Origin: an uncultured bacterium | GTDB taxonomy: Bacteria > Auribacterota > Erginobacteria > Erginobacterales > Erginobacteraceae | Assembly: GCA_963822585.1 (NCBI GenBank) | Contig: CAWGIE010000016.1 | Coordinates: 1 to 64,000 of the forward strand | DNA length: 64,000 bases | Direction: 5' to 3' | The notes under the pieces: generated by a model | Databases searched by the model: none | Told to the model about the DNA's origin: nothing | Seen by the model: the letters and a program-made list of their open reading frames with translations, nothing else | Made by a program: the position numbers and the translations under genes | Part shown: positions 63,228 to 64,000 of the stretch, one piece after another | Layout of the letters: each line of letters begins with the position of its first letter | How positions within the stretch are numbered: the stretch's first letter is position 1

Positions 63228-64000
63228 TTAGCGGCCTTCCATGCGCCAGGGCGAGCGGTCGTGCCAGGATTTGAGCGCCGCGGTCGCCCAGGCGGTCGAT
63301 TTGTCCTTGTGGCAGATGTTGCACGGGTTCGGGATGCCGTATTTCTCGGTGTCCGCGGGCGTGATGAAGTTGAACGTGTGCGCGTGCACCGTCTGGTCCA
63401 CGAACTCCTTCTCGATCTTCGGCATGTGGCAGGCGATGCACTGGCTGCCCGGGCTGCCGGGCTTGTGGTGCGTGTGCGCCGCGATGCTCACCGCGTGCGG
63501 ACCGTTCTGCGTGTCGGTGCCATGGCACACGAAGCACATCTGGCTCGGCGGCGCGCGCAACTGCGCGGGGTATTTCGTGCCGTGCACGTCATGGCAACTG
63601 AAGCAGGCAACGCCCCGCGTGTACATCAGGCTCTGCGCGAAATCGTTGCCCTGCATGCGGTTCTTGTGCGCGGTGCCGTCGGGGAAATAGTAGAAATTGG
63701 TCGGCTGGCCGAGCTTGTGGTCCTCCAGCTTCCAGAAGTCGGCAAGGTTCAACCCCATGTGGAAGCCGACCGGCCAGTCGTAGTATTTGCCGTCGATCGG
63801 ATTGGTGAGTGGCCGCCCCTGCGAGTGACACTGGATGCAAGTATCGTTGGCCGCCACGTGGTCAAGCCGGGCCGGGTTGATGATGTTGGCTGCGGTCGGG
63901 TGCTGAACGTGCGCGCTGCCCGGCCCGTGGCAGCGCTCGCAACCGACGTTCCATTCGGCTACCGTCTTGGTCCTGATGTCGTAGTTCACCGAGTGGCAGC
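63228..64000 (-). CDS. Multiheme cytochrome c, 5' end outside the window
   Basis: Six complete CxxCH motifs (CERCH, CIQCH, CFSCH, CFVCH, CIACH, CNICH) and a partial seventh at the window edge. Confidence 0.92.
   Translation of the reverse strand, partial: CHSVNYDIRTKTVAEWNVGCERCHGPGSAHVQHPTAANIINPARLDHVAANDTCIQCHSQGRPLTNPIDGKYYDWPVGFHMGLNLADFWKLEDHKLGQPTNFYYFPDGTAHKNRMQGNDFAQSLMYTRGVACFSCHDVHGTKYPAQLRAPPSQMCFVCHGTDTQNGPHAVSIAAHTHHKPGSPGSQCIACHMPKIEKEFVDQTVHAHTFNFITPADTEKYGIPNPCNICHKDKSTAWATAALKSWHDRSPWRMEGR

Overview
GC-rich window, probably alphaproteobacterial and Acetobacteraceae-like (inferred from gene content). Most of it (about 8.3-52.1 kb) is an exopolysaccharide locus of the type normally linked to exosortase A / PEP-CTERM sorting: ExeA-like ATPase, deacetylase, FemAB-like protein, AsnB-like amidotransferase, many glycosyltransferases, ligase, flippase, amino-sugar enzymes, priming transferase, Wza/Wzc-like export genes and an outer-membrane barrel. 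I could not find an exosortase or PEP-CTERM gene in the window. Two large secreted-protein genes sit in or next to the locus; one is about 3,100 codons with three near-identical 1,674-bp repeats. IS66, IS5, IS21 and IS91 elements or remnants cluster at both ends. The most interesting signals are: (1) a tRNA-Val(GAC)-like cloverleaf with a non-canonical anticodon loop and weak T-stem, in a locus that also encodes a FemAB-family protein; (2) a lower-GC module of nucleotidyltransferase + PqqD/RRE-HPr-kinase fusion + a twin-arginine, Gly/Asn-repeat peptide, split by a tandem IS5; (3) a secreted Pro/Arg/Phe hexapeptide-repeat peptide; (4) an identical 15-bp IS66-type terminus bracketing about 55 kb in inverted orientation. 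Many single-base frameshifts and a 73-nt poly(A) run suggest an imperfectly polished long-read assembly, so the broken genes need read-level checks. Family assignments come from motif recognition only; no searches were run.
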